Below are positions 54,819 to 64,000 of a stretch of DNA of 64,000 nucleotides, piece after piece. Below the pieces are notes generated by a model. That model saw only the letters and a program-made list of their open reading frames with translations. It searched no databases and was not told the DNA's origin. The position numbers and the translations under genes are program-made. The stretch comes from Candidatus Spongiisociaceae bacterium. GTDB lineage: Bacteria; Actinomycetota; Acidimicrobiia; Spongiisociales; Spongiisociaceae. Location: the NCBI GenBank assembly GCA_965219685.1, contig CBDCOH010000002.1, positions 3,040,001 through 3,104,000 of the forward strand, given 5' to 3'. Positions within the stretch are counted from its first letter, which is position 1. Each line of letters starts with the position of its first letter.

Positions 54819-55693
54819 TTACCCCTGAGACTCAGGTGATTCGGCGACGCGGGTGGAGCTTCGCGCCGGTGGCGGCTGAGGCAATTTGTTGTGTCGGTGC
54901 CTATGGGGGTGTAGGGGGTGAGTACGGCGTTGGCGCCTGCGATGATGGACGCGCAGTCGGGGTGGGTGGGGTCCCCGGTCAGGTTGATCATTCGTATGAG
55001 CCACCAGGCGTACCAGCGGACTTCGATCTCTCCGCCCATGTCGCGTATGTCTTGGGCTGAGGACACTCCGAGGTCGGTTAGGGCCTGGTTGAGTTCGGCT
55101 TCGGTGTGGGGTCGGAAGGTGTCGTCGGTTCGGGGAGGGTATTGTCCGGGTCCGTGGTGGGGTTCCCAGCCCGGGTTTTCTAGGGCGAGGGCTATGAGTT
55201 CGTCGTGGGCTGTGAGGTAGTGGAAGGTTGAGCCCCACCAGCTGTACCAGTTGGGGTTGTCGATGAGTTCGTACTTGAGGGTGTCGTTGCATGCGGTGGC
55301 TTCGAGACCGGCTCTGCTGGCGGGCATCCGGTCGTCCCATGCGGGGTGGCTGGATCGGCGCAGGTAGTAGTCCCATTCCATTTGGGCCAGGGTGGTGCTG
55401 GTGGTCGGCTGGGTGGTCGGGGTTGTGGTGGTGGGGGTCTGTGCAGAGCGGGTGTCTTCTGGTTCGGGGGGTGGAGCGAGGGTCGTGTCGGTGACCGGCA
55501 CGCCTCGTGTTGAGCCGTCCGTGCCGGCGGGTGCTGTGCTGTCGGTAACCGCGAGGCTGGTCGCGGTGGTTGCGTTGGTGGTGCCCACTCGTTGGTTCTG
55601 GGCGCCCATCGCGGAGACCACTGTCACCGCAACGACACCGACCAGGCCCGCAGCAACCAGCAGTATCCGGACGGTTGGGCCGGTTAACCTCAT
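54806..55693 (-). CDS. Secreted protein with Pro/Thr-rich linker, C-terminus probably truncated by IS debris
   Basis: N-terminal hydrophobic segment and PT/TTT linker; the ORF ends inside IS ends. Confidence 0.7.
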   Translation of the reverse strand: MRLTGPTVRILLVAAGLVGVVAVTVVSAMGAQNQRVGTTNATTATSLAVTDSTAPAGTDGSTRGVPVTDTTLAPPPEPEDTRSAQTPTTTTPTTQPTTSTTLAQMEWDYYLRRSSHPAWDDRMPASRAGLEATACNDTLKYELIDNPNWYSWWGSTFHYLTAHDELIALALENPGWEPHHGPGQYPPRTDDTFRPHTEAELNQALTDLGVSSAQDIRDMGGEIEVRWYAWWLIRMINLTGDPTHPDCASIIAGANAVLTPYTPIGTDTTNCLSRHRREAPPASPNHLSLRGNTHT

Positions 55694-56317
55694 CTGCCTT
55701 TCCTGTTCCCCTGCACCGCAGCCGCGCCCACGAGCAGCCTATGGCACATGCTAGAAGTCCAAACCCTGTGGAGTTCCCCCTGCTGGCCGGACATTCCCAC
55801 AGTGAGCGCGTCTTGTCTCCGACAATGGGATTGCGCTCCAGTCTCTCAGGATTACAACCCCACGAACATGACAGCAGCCGACAGACCAACAGAGTTTCTC
55901 AGCACCCTCCTAGACGCCAGAACCGAATACCCCCCACTCCGAAACTCCCCGAACGGGCAAAACGCGAAGTGCCAAGACGTGTGAGCCTCGTCGGACATCT
56001 GGAATTCCTCACAGTTCGGACGGTCCGGGTATCGGAAGAGGTTGAAGAGTGAGTGGGAATAGGCCACCGGCTCTCACCCTTTCGATCCCTCCGACGGCGG
56101 AACGTCCTCTTGAACGTTATCTTCTGGTTCCCAAGCCGCAGGTGGTTATCACTCTGCGGTTGTCACAGCTTGTCGGTCGGATGAGATTGGACGGTTGGTC
56201 GACGGCGGACGTGGTCTCGACGGGTCTCGGACGGAGGTCGCCCTGTATCGTGAGCCGTTCCGCTCGTCGCGAACCTGTTCTTGATCGGTCGGGACGGAGC
56301 TGACGGATTACTCGTTG

Positions 56318-56503
56318 CGGATGTGCTGTCCGCTGCTGCAAACGGTGAACAGCCAGCTAGACCGTGCGCTTGTCAAGGACCGGGCGGTTGAAGTCCCACG
56401 TCTGGTACCACGTTCCGGGCGTGTGCACCTGATGCTGGCCTGCGGAATCATGACCCCTGCACCAACCACAGCAGCACCCAAGCCCACGAAATCGCGCAGC
56501 CTC
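56318..56503 (-). repeat. Dispersed element R copy with an empty IS110-F-like target site
   Basis: GAGGCTGCGCGATTTCGTGGG...GTGGTACCAGACGTGGGACTTCAACCGCCCGG. Confidence 0.8.
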
Positions 56504-56789
56504 CGTTTGTTCGGCCATGTGTTGTGAGCAGCGCCGCTTCGCGGGTGGGTCCCCACCCGAGGGATTCGTGCTTCGGATGTTCCGGTTTCGGGTGCTCCCT
56601 CCAGTAGCACGTACCCAAGCCGTTGCGTTCGGACAGGTCCAACAGCGGCTGCCGGTACTCGAGGGTCCCGGTCCCGTCGGCGCGCCTTCCTTCCTGTCAC
56701 CGCCAGGCGGACTTCTCCAATCGGGCTGACTTCACAAGACTGGGGGACCATCACTCAACCCGCGAGACTGCGCGATACCCGCGTACCGA

Positions 56790-58440
56790 AGGAGAGGAGA
56801 TCACCTCATGGCGAGGACTAGTCATCACGAGTTGACGGAGCAACGCACGATCTCGACTCAGGTCCTGAAACGCTTAGCGGACCACATGTACAACCGACCG
56901 CTGATCAGCAACATCAAACGTGCCGACTACGTAGAGTGCTTGGTGGAGCTCATCTTAAGGAGTGTTGACCAAGGCTGGTGCCTTACCGAACCATGGGCGC
57001 CATGGGACCTCGAACACGCCAGAACCGGTGCTCGTCTCGAAGTCAAGCAGTCCAGCAGGCTCCAGAGCTGGTCCAGCCCGGACTCCACGAATCGACCGGC
57101 CTACCCATCGTTCGATATCGCTACACACGATACATATTGGACGACGTGCTCTGAGGGACGCAACAAATCGTGGAAGTGCTCCGAGGGCGGCTACCACACG
57201 ATCAGCACAGAACGACAACGGCATGCCGACATCTATGTGTTCGCCTGGCACGGCACAACAGAACACGCCGTTGCTGACCACCGAGAAGCCGGACAGTGGG
57301 AATTCTACGTGACTCCCGAGGCGGAGCTTCCACCAGGCCAACAGTCCATCGGCCTCAACCCGCTAAGAGACCTCGTACAACCGTGTACCTACCGCTCACT
57401 AGCCCAGACCGTCGCGAATACGCTTCCATCGACCTCTCTCCTCAAGGCCCAACTCGATCCACCACCTTCTGAGTGCCCTTCGCGAGGTCAGCAATAAACG
57501 ATCCCGGGCCGACAAGACCCGAAGCCGTCGGTGCAGCTCGGTCGGCCGCCTCGTACGCGAAGTGGGCGCGCTTATCGTCGGCTCCCGGTCACCGGTCCGT
57601 GCGCGCTGCAAAACCTCGGCCCGGATGTTCGCCACCTCTCTCTCCAGTCACTCGATCTCGGTGACGAGCCTGCGGCGCTCCGAGCTTCTACTCGCCACCG
57701 GGTTTCGACTGCACTGTGACCTCTGCCAGTTATTTCCGACAGTATCGAGTCGCTCGTCCCCCAGCGCGTCGACCGCGTTCTGGACGAAGTCGGCCCGGTG
57801 CGAGCCGGCCGGCAGAGTTCCCTGGATAACACCCTGCGCTGGTAGCCACGCCAGTGGTCGGCTGCCATAGCGCTCCATCCATCACGCCGCTACCTGCCGG
57901 TGACGGTCAGATGAGCCGTTGATCTGCCATGTCTGGTGGCTGCGGCCAAGTGTAGGTTCGGCGGCTAGGACTGTGTCTACGCAGCTGTCGGGGTTGTCGC
58001 GGCAGTAGATCCAACCACGGAAGCTGGCACGCAGGAAAGGCTCGACAACATCGGTGTCAACGCCGGTCGAAAGTTGCGCGGACTTGGCCGGTTGAAAACT
58101 ACGCGGTGGTTCTGTAGGGCCGGTCACCAGCAACCCTCTTCCCCCGCGGCCAACAGTCGATCCGCCAGCCCTCCGAGTCCGACCCACAGCCAACACGGAA
58201 GCCGGCGCGGAGTGGAGTCAAGAGGCAGTAGGATCCGAAGGCTGATAACGCGAGGCGGCGGTACAAGTCAGCTGGCAGGCAGGGCAACCTAAGAGAAGAC
58301 AGTCACACAGGCCAGCAGGACGACTCACTGTAGGAATGCGGCCGGACCGTACCCATTGGACTTCCCCCCGCTGCACCCCAACACGTTTTGGTGTCGCTTG
58401 GCCATCTAGCCGAGGCCCAAACGCATGAGCGTGACTCGGC
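56790..58440. repeat. Inverted duplication, copy 2
   Basis: Reverse complement of 15552-17200. Confidence 0.95.
56808..57497 (+). CDS. PD-(D/E)XK nuclease-like protein (identical second copy)
   Basis: Same 229-aa translation as 16493-17182. Confidence 0.65.
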   Translation: MARTSHHELTEQRTISTQVLKRLADHMYNRPLISNIKRADYVECLVELILRSVDQGWCLTEPWAPWDLEHARTGARLEVKQSSRLQSWSSPDSTNRPAYPSFDIATHDTYWTTCSEGRNKSWKCSEGGYHTISTERQRHADIYVFAWHGTTEHAVADHREAGQWEFYVTPEAELPPGQQSIGLNPLRDLVQPCTYRSLAQTVANTLPSTSLLKAQLDPPPSECPSRGQQ

Positions 58441-58442
58441 TC

Positions 58443-58767
58443 TGTTGGCGATTAGCGAGATTCCCCAGAGTCGATAATCGAAATTCCCCACCCTTGGTGT
58501 GTTGGTGAGTCTAGTTGCGGACTCCTTTCGGTCGGTGTTTTCTGGCTTGGGCGTGGTAGCCGCGTAGCCGGTAGCTGTCTCCTGTGATGGTGAACACGAC
58601 GCTTCGGTGCAATAGCCGGTCGAGCATTGCTGCGGCGATGGTGGTGTCGGAGAAGATGTCTCCCCAGGCGGCGACGCTGCGGTTGGTGGTCAGGATGATC
58701 GAGCCTTTCTGGTATCTGCGGGAGATGACCTGGAACAGGGAGGCGGCTTCGGGGTCGAAGGGGATGT
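58443..58767 (-). pseudogene. istB: IS21 istB C-terminal fragment and right end
   Basis: LFQVISRRY..GSIILTTN...WGDIF...AAAMLDRLLH......GDSYR; TGTTGGCGA terminus with internal repeats. Confidence 0.88.
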
Positions 58768-58870
58768 GTTGGGTCGGGGACGGGACGCCCTGCGGCCTTG
58801 CGGCCGTGGGTCGTCCTGTCCCCGCCCTCGTGATGCGGACGTGCACGTTTCTGCGCATCCGGCTCTCCAC
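58768..58870 (-). ncRNA. Group II intron 3' end (domains V-VI) remnant
   Basis: GAGAGCCGGATGCGCAGAAACGTGCACGTCCG (domain V) and a domain VI ending CCGACCCAAC that abuts istB. Confidence 0.8.
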
Positions 58871-59095
58871 GTGTGTCGTTAGGTTGGGTTGAGGTGTTCT
58901 GAGACCTTCCCGACGAATGCCTCGTCGTTGTGGTTGGTTCGGCGGAAGCATGCTCCTGCCGGGTCCAGGTCGTCGAGGTTGTGAGATCCAAGCAGTCACA
59001 GACACCATCGACAACAGACCCCGCAGGTCCCTTTCGATGGGACACACCCCGCGGATGCGCTCGACGAGCACTCACGCTCGCCCCACGGCAGACAG

Positions 59096-62000
59096 TTACG
59101 GCTGGGTCGTGGCGGTGACCGTGAGCAGGTAGGTGCCGAGCCACGCGGCGGTGGCGGTGGCCTCGATGTAGTAGGTGCCGTCGACGGTGGGAGTGAACGT
59201 GAACCGGCTGTTCTGGCCGTATCCGCCGTTGCCGGACACGGTGAGGTCCCCGGTGCCGGGCACGAGCGTTCCGGACTCGTCGTAGACGCCGCTTAGCATC
59301 GGGTCCACCAGCGTGTAGTCAGATTCCCACACCCCCGTCGGCGACAGCGACCCGGTCCACTGGCCCTCCATGTCGATCTGGTAGACGACCCCGGCCTGCA
59401 GCTCGACGCGGTGCCAGTCCCGCTCACCCGCGGAGTCGATCCTCGACAGCAGGCCCACACCCACCTCGAGGTCGCTGACAGTGGTGGTATCCGCGGCGGC
59501 GTCGGGCGCGGGGCGGGTGATCGTGACCGAGTAGTTCAGCTGCGTGACGCCGTCGGGCGCCAGCGAGGTCAACACAACGACTGTCACCGTCTCGGTGCCT
59601 GCCGCGCCGAGGTCCACCTGCCAACCCGCGGCCGGATCGATATCGGCAACGGCCGGCACGATCACCGTGCCCGCCAGCGTCGCGGCCGCCTCGATGGTCG
59701 CAACGGCAACGTCATCGGCGACCGTCACCGCATAGTCGTGGACGCCGCTGGAGAACCCCGGCACCAGGTCGTAGCCGGCGACCGACAGCGAACTCAACGA
59801 CGCGTCGTCCTCGATGGGGCTGTCCACGATGATCGAGAAGAAGCCCGCCGGTCGGCGCTCCACCGCGATGTGATAGGTGCCGGTGCGGGTCGCGGTGAAC
59901 TCCAACTGCCCCTTGGCAGCCGTGCCGTGCACGACGCCGACATCGAAGTACTCAGGGTCACCGTCCTGGTAGAACACGCCGCGGATGTACGCATCGAACA
60001 CGCCGCGGATGCCCGTATCGAGCTGATGGCGCGAAGCGACGCCGCCCAGCGACTCCACATTCACCACATACGTTCTGTTGGCGATGAGCTTCACGCTGAT
60101 CCACGTCGGAACCTGCCCGTGAGGGTACGCGCCGGGGTCGCTGTCGGCATGGCCTTTCGTGACCGTGTCGAGATCGATCACCCTGCTGCCGTCATAAGCC
60201 CAGAAGTACGACACGGCCTTGCTTCTGGCGGCCTGATCGTCTGCGACAGTGCCGTCAGGACGAACCGGGGACACCTCCACGGTGATCGTGTAGTCGCCCA
60301 CATGGAAGTCCCAGCCCCGGGCGTCGATGTAGTAGGTGCCGTCCGCGGCGGGCGCGACGACTATCGCGTCGGGATAGTCCACTATGTTGTTCGTGCTGAC
60401 GGGCTCGCCGCTGCCGGGCACCAGATTCCCGTGGGCGTCGTACACGCCGGCGATGTCGCGGTTCTCCCAGTGCCCCAGCGCGGCCTTGTTGGCGTGGTCG
60501 GGACCCATCGCGACCGTGTAGTACTGGCCGCCCTGCAGCTGCACCGCGATCCAGTCGCGGTCGTAGTGTCGGTCGATGCGGCCGTGGTAAGCGCCGCCGC
60601 CCACGACCACGCTCGCGGTCGTAGAGGTATCCGCGGCCACATCGGGCAACTCTGCCAGCCCGGTCACCGACAACGTGTAGGTGCCCAGCTCATCCGGAAA
60701 GGCGGAAGCGTCGTATGAGCGGCCGAACGCGAGTATGTAATAGTCGCCGTCGCTGGTGGGCGAGAACACCTGACGGTCGTTACGGGTGCCGTCGGCGTTG
60801 CGGACGGTGTGCACCGTGTCGATCGGGAACCGTTGACCGTCGCGGGGCCCCACATTCAGGCCCGGATCTTCGAGGGTGCCGTGGCCGGTGTCGGCGCCCA
60901 TCATCTCGAGCACATAGATCCGGTTCGCCTCCAGCGACACCCGCCACCAGTCATGGTCGCCGGTCCACAACTCCCCGTCGGCGCCTCCCGAGTCGTAGAA
61001 CACCTCCCACGGGTCGATGTCGATCTCGCTCTCGACGGAGTCGCCCACGGTGATTTGCTGCGACGTCGCGGGCGTGTCACCGACCTCGGGCAGCCTCTCG
61101 AGGATCTCCAGGTCGTACACGCCGTTGTGGTACAGCGACGGATCCGAGGCGCCGCGCCCCGCCGACACGTAGTAGGTGCCGCTTCGCTCCGGCACGAACT
61201 TCACGAACGCGTCACGCCTGCCGAAGTCGTAGGGACCGGACTCATAGATCTCGGTCCAGGACGGGAACACCCCGTCGTAGTCCCACTCCAGCTGCAGATC
61301 CCAACTCAAGTCCACCCAGCGGGTGTCGCCTCCGTCGTCGTTGGCGCTGCCCGCCACCAGCACGCCGTCGGCGTCGTAGACCCCATGAATCATCGGATCC
61401 GCCAGCGAGTCGTCCCAGCCGGTCTGCTTCATGTCGATGTAATAGCGGCGGTCGCGCACCATCTCCACTTTGAACCAGTCCCGGTCGCCGTCATCATGGA
61501 TGAAGCTTCGGGCGCTGGCGGAACGGTTGACGTTGCCGGTCCTGTCGCCGAGGTCCAGCACCGCGGCGGTCGTGGAGTCGCCCGCGATGTCGTCGGGCTC
61601 GGCCCGTACGGCGTGGACGGTGTAGGCCGTATAGGGCCGGCCGTCGCCGGCGATGGTGACAGTGATCGTGGTGACGCGCCCGGCGAGGTCGACCTGGTGT
61701 CCTTCGGTGAACGGGTCGGTGTCTGCGGGCAGGATCTCCACGCTGGCGCCCGCGCTGTCGTCGGCCGCCGCGGCCGAGACCGTGGTGACCGACACCGCCT
61801 CGGGCACCGCCGCCGCATAGCTGGACTGCTCGGGGGCGAAGTCGATCTCGATGCCGGACAGCTCCAAGGACGCCAGCCGGAACGGAACGCCGGGCATGTT
61901 GTAGGCGTAGAGCTTGCGGTCTTTGTCGTCGAGGACCCACATGGTGTCGCCGTCGGACCAGATGGACTTGGGATGGGTGTTGCCCGCGCCGGCGAGAGTG

Positions 62001-63790
62001 TCGAAGTCCAGGTTGGCCTGCCGTTCGCCGGTGTGCATGTCGTAAGCGGAGATCTTGACACGGTGTATGTCCAGCGCCCACATGGTGTCGCCGTCGGACC
62101 AGATGCTCCAGGCGAGGCGGGCGTCTATGTCACGATCGGGCCGCCGGTCGCCGCTGGCCAGGTCGAACGCGTAGATCGTGGAGATCCTGTCGTCGGAGAC
62201 CCACACGGTGTCGCCGTCGGACCACAGGTCCAGGGGCCAGCGCATGTCAGGGTAATCGAGCAGGCCGAAGCCTCCGCCGGCCAGGCGGTCGCCGCCGACC
62301 AGGTCGAACGCGGCCACCTTGGCGTCGTAGCTGTTGAGGACCCACATGGTCTCTTCGTTGGACCACACCCCGGCCCACCAATGATCCAGCCGGGCCCCCG
62401 ACTCGAGGGTGTCGATGTCTCGGTCGGCGAGGCGGTCGCCGCTGGCCAGTTCGTACGCGTAGACCTTGGCGTCCCGACCGACGTTGATCCACATGATGTC
62501 GCCGTCGGACCACAGACCGTACTCTGAGTAGTCCGACCGTCCTCCCAAGTAGTTCGACCATCCGCCCCGCCTGCGCACCGTGTCGTCTGCGTCGAGGTCG
62601 CGCTGGGGGTCTCGGGCGAACGCCGCGCCCCGGGCGCGGTCAACGGTGACGGTGTAGGTCTGGCGCCGGGTGCCGTCGGGGGACTCGACGGTGACGGTGA
62701 CGGTGTTGGCGCCCACCGCGAGGGCGACCTGGTGGCCGTTGGCGGCGTCAGCGTCGGCGTCGGCCGGCAGGACCGTCACCCCGGCGTCGGGATCGGCGGG
62801 GTCCGCGGTGACGGCGGTGGACGCCACCGCGTGAGCCACGTCGGCCTGGTAGCTGTGGACAGCCGCGTCGAAGGCGCCGATGTCGATACCGGAGAGCTCC
62901 AACGACGCCAGCCGCAACGGGAGGTCGTCGTCGGCGTCGAGGGACTCTGCTGTGTCGGGTTCGGTGATGGTGTTGGGTTGTCCGGTGGCGTACGCGGGCG
63001 CCGATCTCAAGGTGGGGGCGTCGCCGCTGCCGTAGAGTGCCTGCACCCGGTACTCGTACTCCACGCCGTCCTCGTCGGCGGTCAGATCTACATAGACGGT
63101 GTCGGCGGTGGCGGTGTCATCCACCAGCACCGAAACCTCCGCGCCGTCGCTGCCGCGATACAGCCGGTAGCCGCCCACCAGCTCGGTGTACAGCACCGGA
63201 GCGTCCCAACTCAGCACCACATGGCCCGGCGCGGCGGCCGCAACCAGATTCGACGGTGCCAACTCAGCCGTCGTGGGCTGCGACGGCGCGGACGGTGTCT
63301 CGTCGGGTGTGGCACCGCATGTCGGCGCCGTGTCATCGGCGGCGAACCCGACCACCTCAGCAGACCACTCACTCGAGGGGATGCCCTTCCCGAAGCGGGC
63401 CCGCACCATCACCTTGTACTCGCCGCCGGGCACCAGCCCCGCTATGACCGTCTCGGTGCCGGACTCGAACGTGTTCGTTATCGCGTCGCCGAGCTTGCCG
63501 CCGAACTCGCCGCCCACGTAGCCGCCATCGACTGCAGCGATCGCCACCCGATACGGACTCGACGGCGCGTCGGGATGCGGATCCCAGGACACCACCAACT
63601 CGCCGCGGCACTCCCCGGACGCCGCAGACACGCCCGTCACCGCCGCCGGGCGCACCACCTGCGCCAACACGTCACCGGCCACCAAACCCACAACACACAT
63701 CGCCACAACAACAACGACCACAGCCCCGCGACGGCGGCGTGAGCCTCCGCCCCTACGCGAAGACACCCTCACCGGCACCGCTGACGACAT
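59096..63790 (-). CDS. Giant secreted adhesin-like protein: Fn3 x2, cadherin-like beta-sandwiches, beta-propeller repeats, PPC-like repeats
   Basis: Signal peptide; VSWD/YKVMVRA; LASLELSG...YTVTV.R; WSDGDTMWV repeats; DRDWF.V.L...YYI repeats. Confidence 0.88.
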   Translation of the reverse strand: MSSAVPVRVSSRRGGGSRRRRGAVVVVVVAMCVVGLVAGDVLAQVVRPAAVTGVSAASGECRGELVVSWDPHPDAPSSPYRVAIAAVDGGYVGGEFGGKLGDAITNTFESGTETVIAGLVPGGEYKVMVRARFGKGIPSSEWSAEVVGFAADDTAPTCGATPDETPSAPSQPTTAELAPSNLVAAAAPGHVVLSWDAPVLYTELVGGYRLYRGSDGAEVSVLVDDTATADTVYVDLTADEDGVEYEYRVQALYGSGDAPTLRSAPAYATGQPNTITEPDTAESLDADDDLPLRLASLELSGIDIGAFDAAVHSYQADVAHAVASTAVTADPADPDAGVTVLPADADADAANGHQVALAVGANTVTVTVESPDGTRRQTYTVTVDRARGAAFARDPQRDLDADDTVRRRGGWSNYLGGRSDYSEYGLWSDGDIMWINVGRDAKVYAYELASGDRLADRDIDTLESGARLDHWWAGVWSNEETMWVLNSYDAKVAAFDLVGGDRLAGGGFGLLDYPDMRWPLDLWSDGDTVWVSDDRISTIYAFDLASGDRRPDRDIDARLAWSIWSDGDTMWALDIHRVKISAYDMHTGERQANLDFDTLAGAGNTHPKSIWSDGDTMWVLDDKDRKLYAYNMPGVPFRLASLELSGIEIDFAPEQSSYAAAVPEAVSVTTVSAAAADDSAGASVEILPADTDPFTEGHQVDLAGRVTTITVTIAGDGRPYTAYTVHAVRAEPDDIAGDSTTAAVLDLGDRTGNVNRSASARSFIHDDGDRDWFKVEMVRDRRYYIDMKQTGWDDSLADPMIHGVYDADGVLVAGSANDDGGDTRWVDLSWDLQLEWDYDGVFPSWTEIYESGPYDFGRRDAFVKFVPERSGTYYVSAGRGASDPSLYHNGVYDLEILERLPEVGDTPATSQQITVGDSVESEIDIDPWEVFYDSGGADGELWTGDHDWWRVSLEANRIYVLEMMGADTGHGTLEDPGLNVGPRDGQRFPIDTVHTVRNADGTRNDRQVFSPTSDGDYYILAFGRSYDASAFPDELGTYTLSVTGLAELPDVAADTSTTASVVVGGGAYHGRIDRHYDRDWIAVQLQGGQYYTVAMGPDHANKAALGHWENRDIAGVYDAHGNLVPGSGEPVSTNNIVDYPDAIVVAPAADGTYYIDARGWDFHVGDYTITVEVSPVRPDGTVADDQAARSKAVSYFWAYDGSRVIDLDTVTKGHADSDPGAYPHGQVPTWISVKLIANRTYVVNVESLGGVASRHQLDTGIRGVFDAYIRGVFYQDGDPEYFDVGVVHGTAAKGQLEFTATRTGTYHIAVERRPAGFFSIIVDSPIEDDASLSSLSVAGYDLVPGFSSGVHDYAVTVADDVAVATIEAAATLAGTVIVPAVADIDPAAGWQVDLGAAGTETVTVVVLTSLAPDGVTQLNYSVTITRPAPDAAADTTTVSDLEVGVGLLSRIDSAGERDWHRVELQAGVVYQIDMEGQWTGSLSPTGVWESDYTLVDPMLSGVYDESGTLVPGTGDLTVSGNGGYGQNSRFTFTPTVDGTYYIEATATAAWLGTYLLTVTATTQP

Positions 63791-64000
63791 CACACACGAC
63801 CTCCCCCGGCAAGAACCGCTGAACCATGCGTCAGAGGCCCAAAGGTGGCGACCCCCACCGCGAGACAGACCGATAGCCCTAGACCCCAAGCAAGGTCGCA
63901 CCCGGCCCATCCGCCCTGATCGGCGGGTACGTACTCATCCACTGTCGGAAACCAGATCCGCAAGGGAGTACCAACCGCCAAGGCCGCGAAGACCAGCGTG

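Noticed and set aside
59411-63742. Long plus-strand ORFs (435, 572, 336 aa) and similar ORFs opposite the RCC1 and IS genes
   Set aside because: Antisense shadows of high-GC coding sequence with no recognisable motifs.

Overview
High-GC, actinobacterial-looking accessory region. The SLH+RCC1-repeat and Fn3/cadherin-like surface proteins suggest a sponge-associated Acidimicrobiia-type genome (inference). There are no housekeeping, rRNA or tRNA genes and no classical CRISPR array. Contents: four SLH + RCC1-like-repeat surface-protein genes, a giant adhesin, an NLR-like STAND NTPase, several nuclease/TA-like genes, and dense nested IS debris (IS110, IS1634, IS3, ISL3, IS21, group II intron remnants). 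Two signals stand out. (1) At 29.3-30.8 kb a stand-alone RAMP/Cas7-like gene is followed 3 nt after its stop by about 16 GGC-NN pentamers and a hairpin, and is preceded by an HNH gene and a divergent HTH gene. This is a candidate compact RNA-guided (VIPR-like) system. (2) The bridge-RNA guides of several IS110 elements can be read directly from the sequence. They match ends of other mobile elements: other IS110 right ends, other IS110 bridge RNAs, IS21 and IS3 termini. This explains a four-element nest and a probable 4.6-kb inversion. All family calls come from motif recognition by eye; no database was searched.
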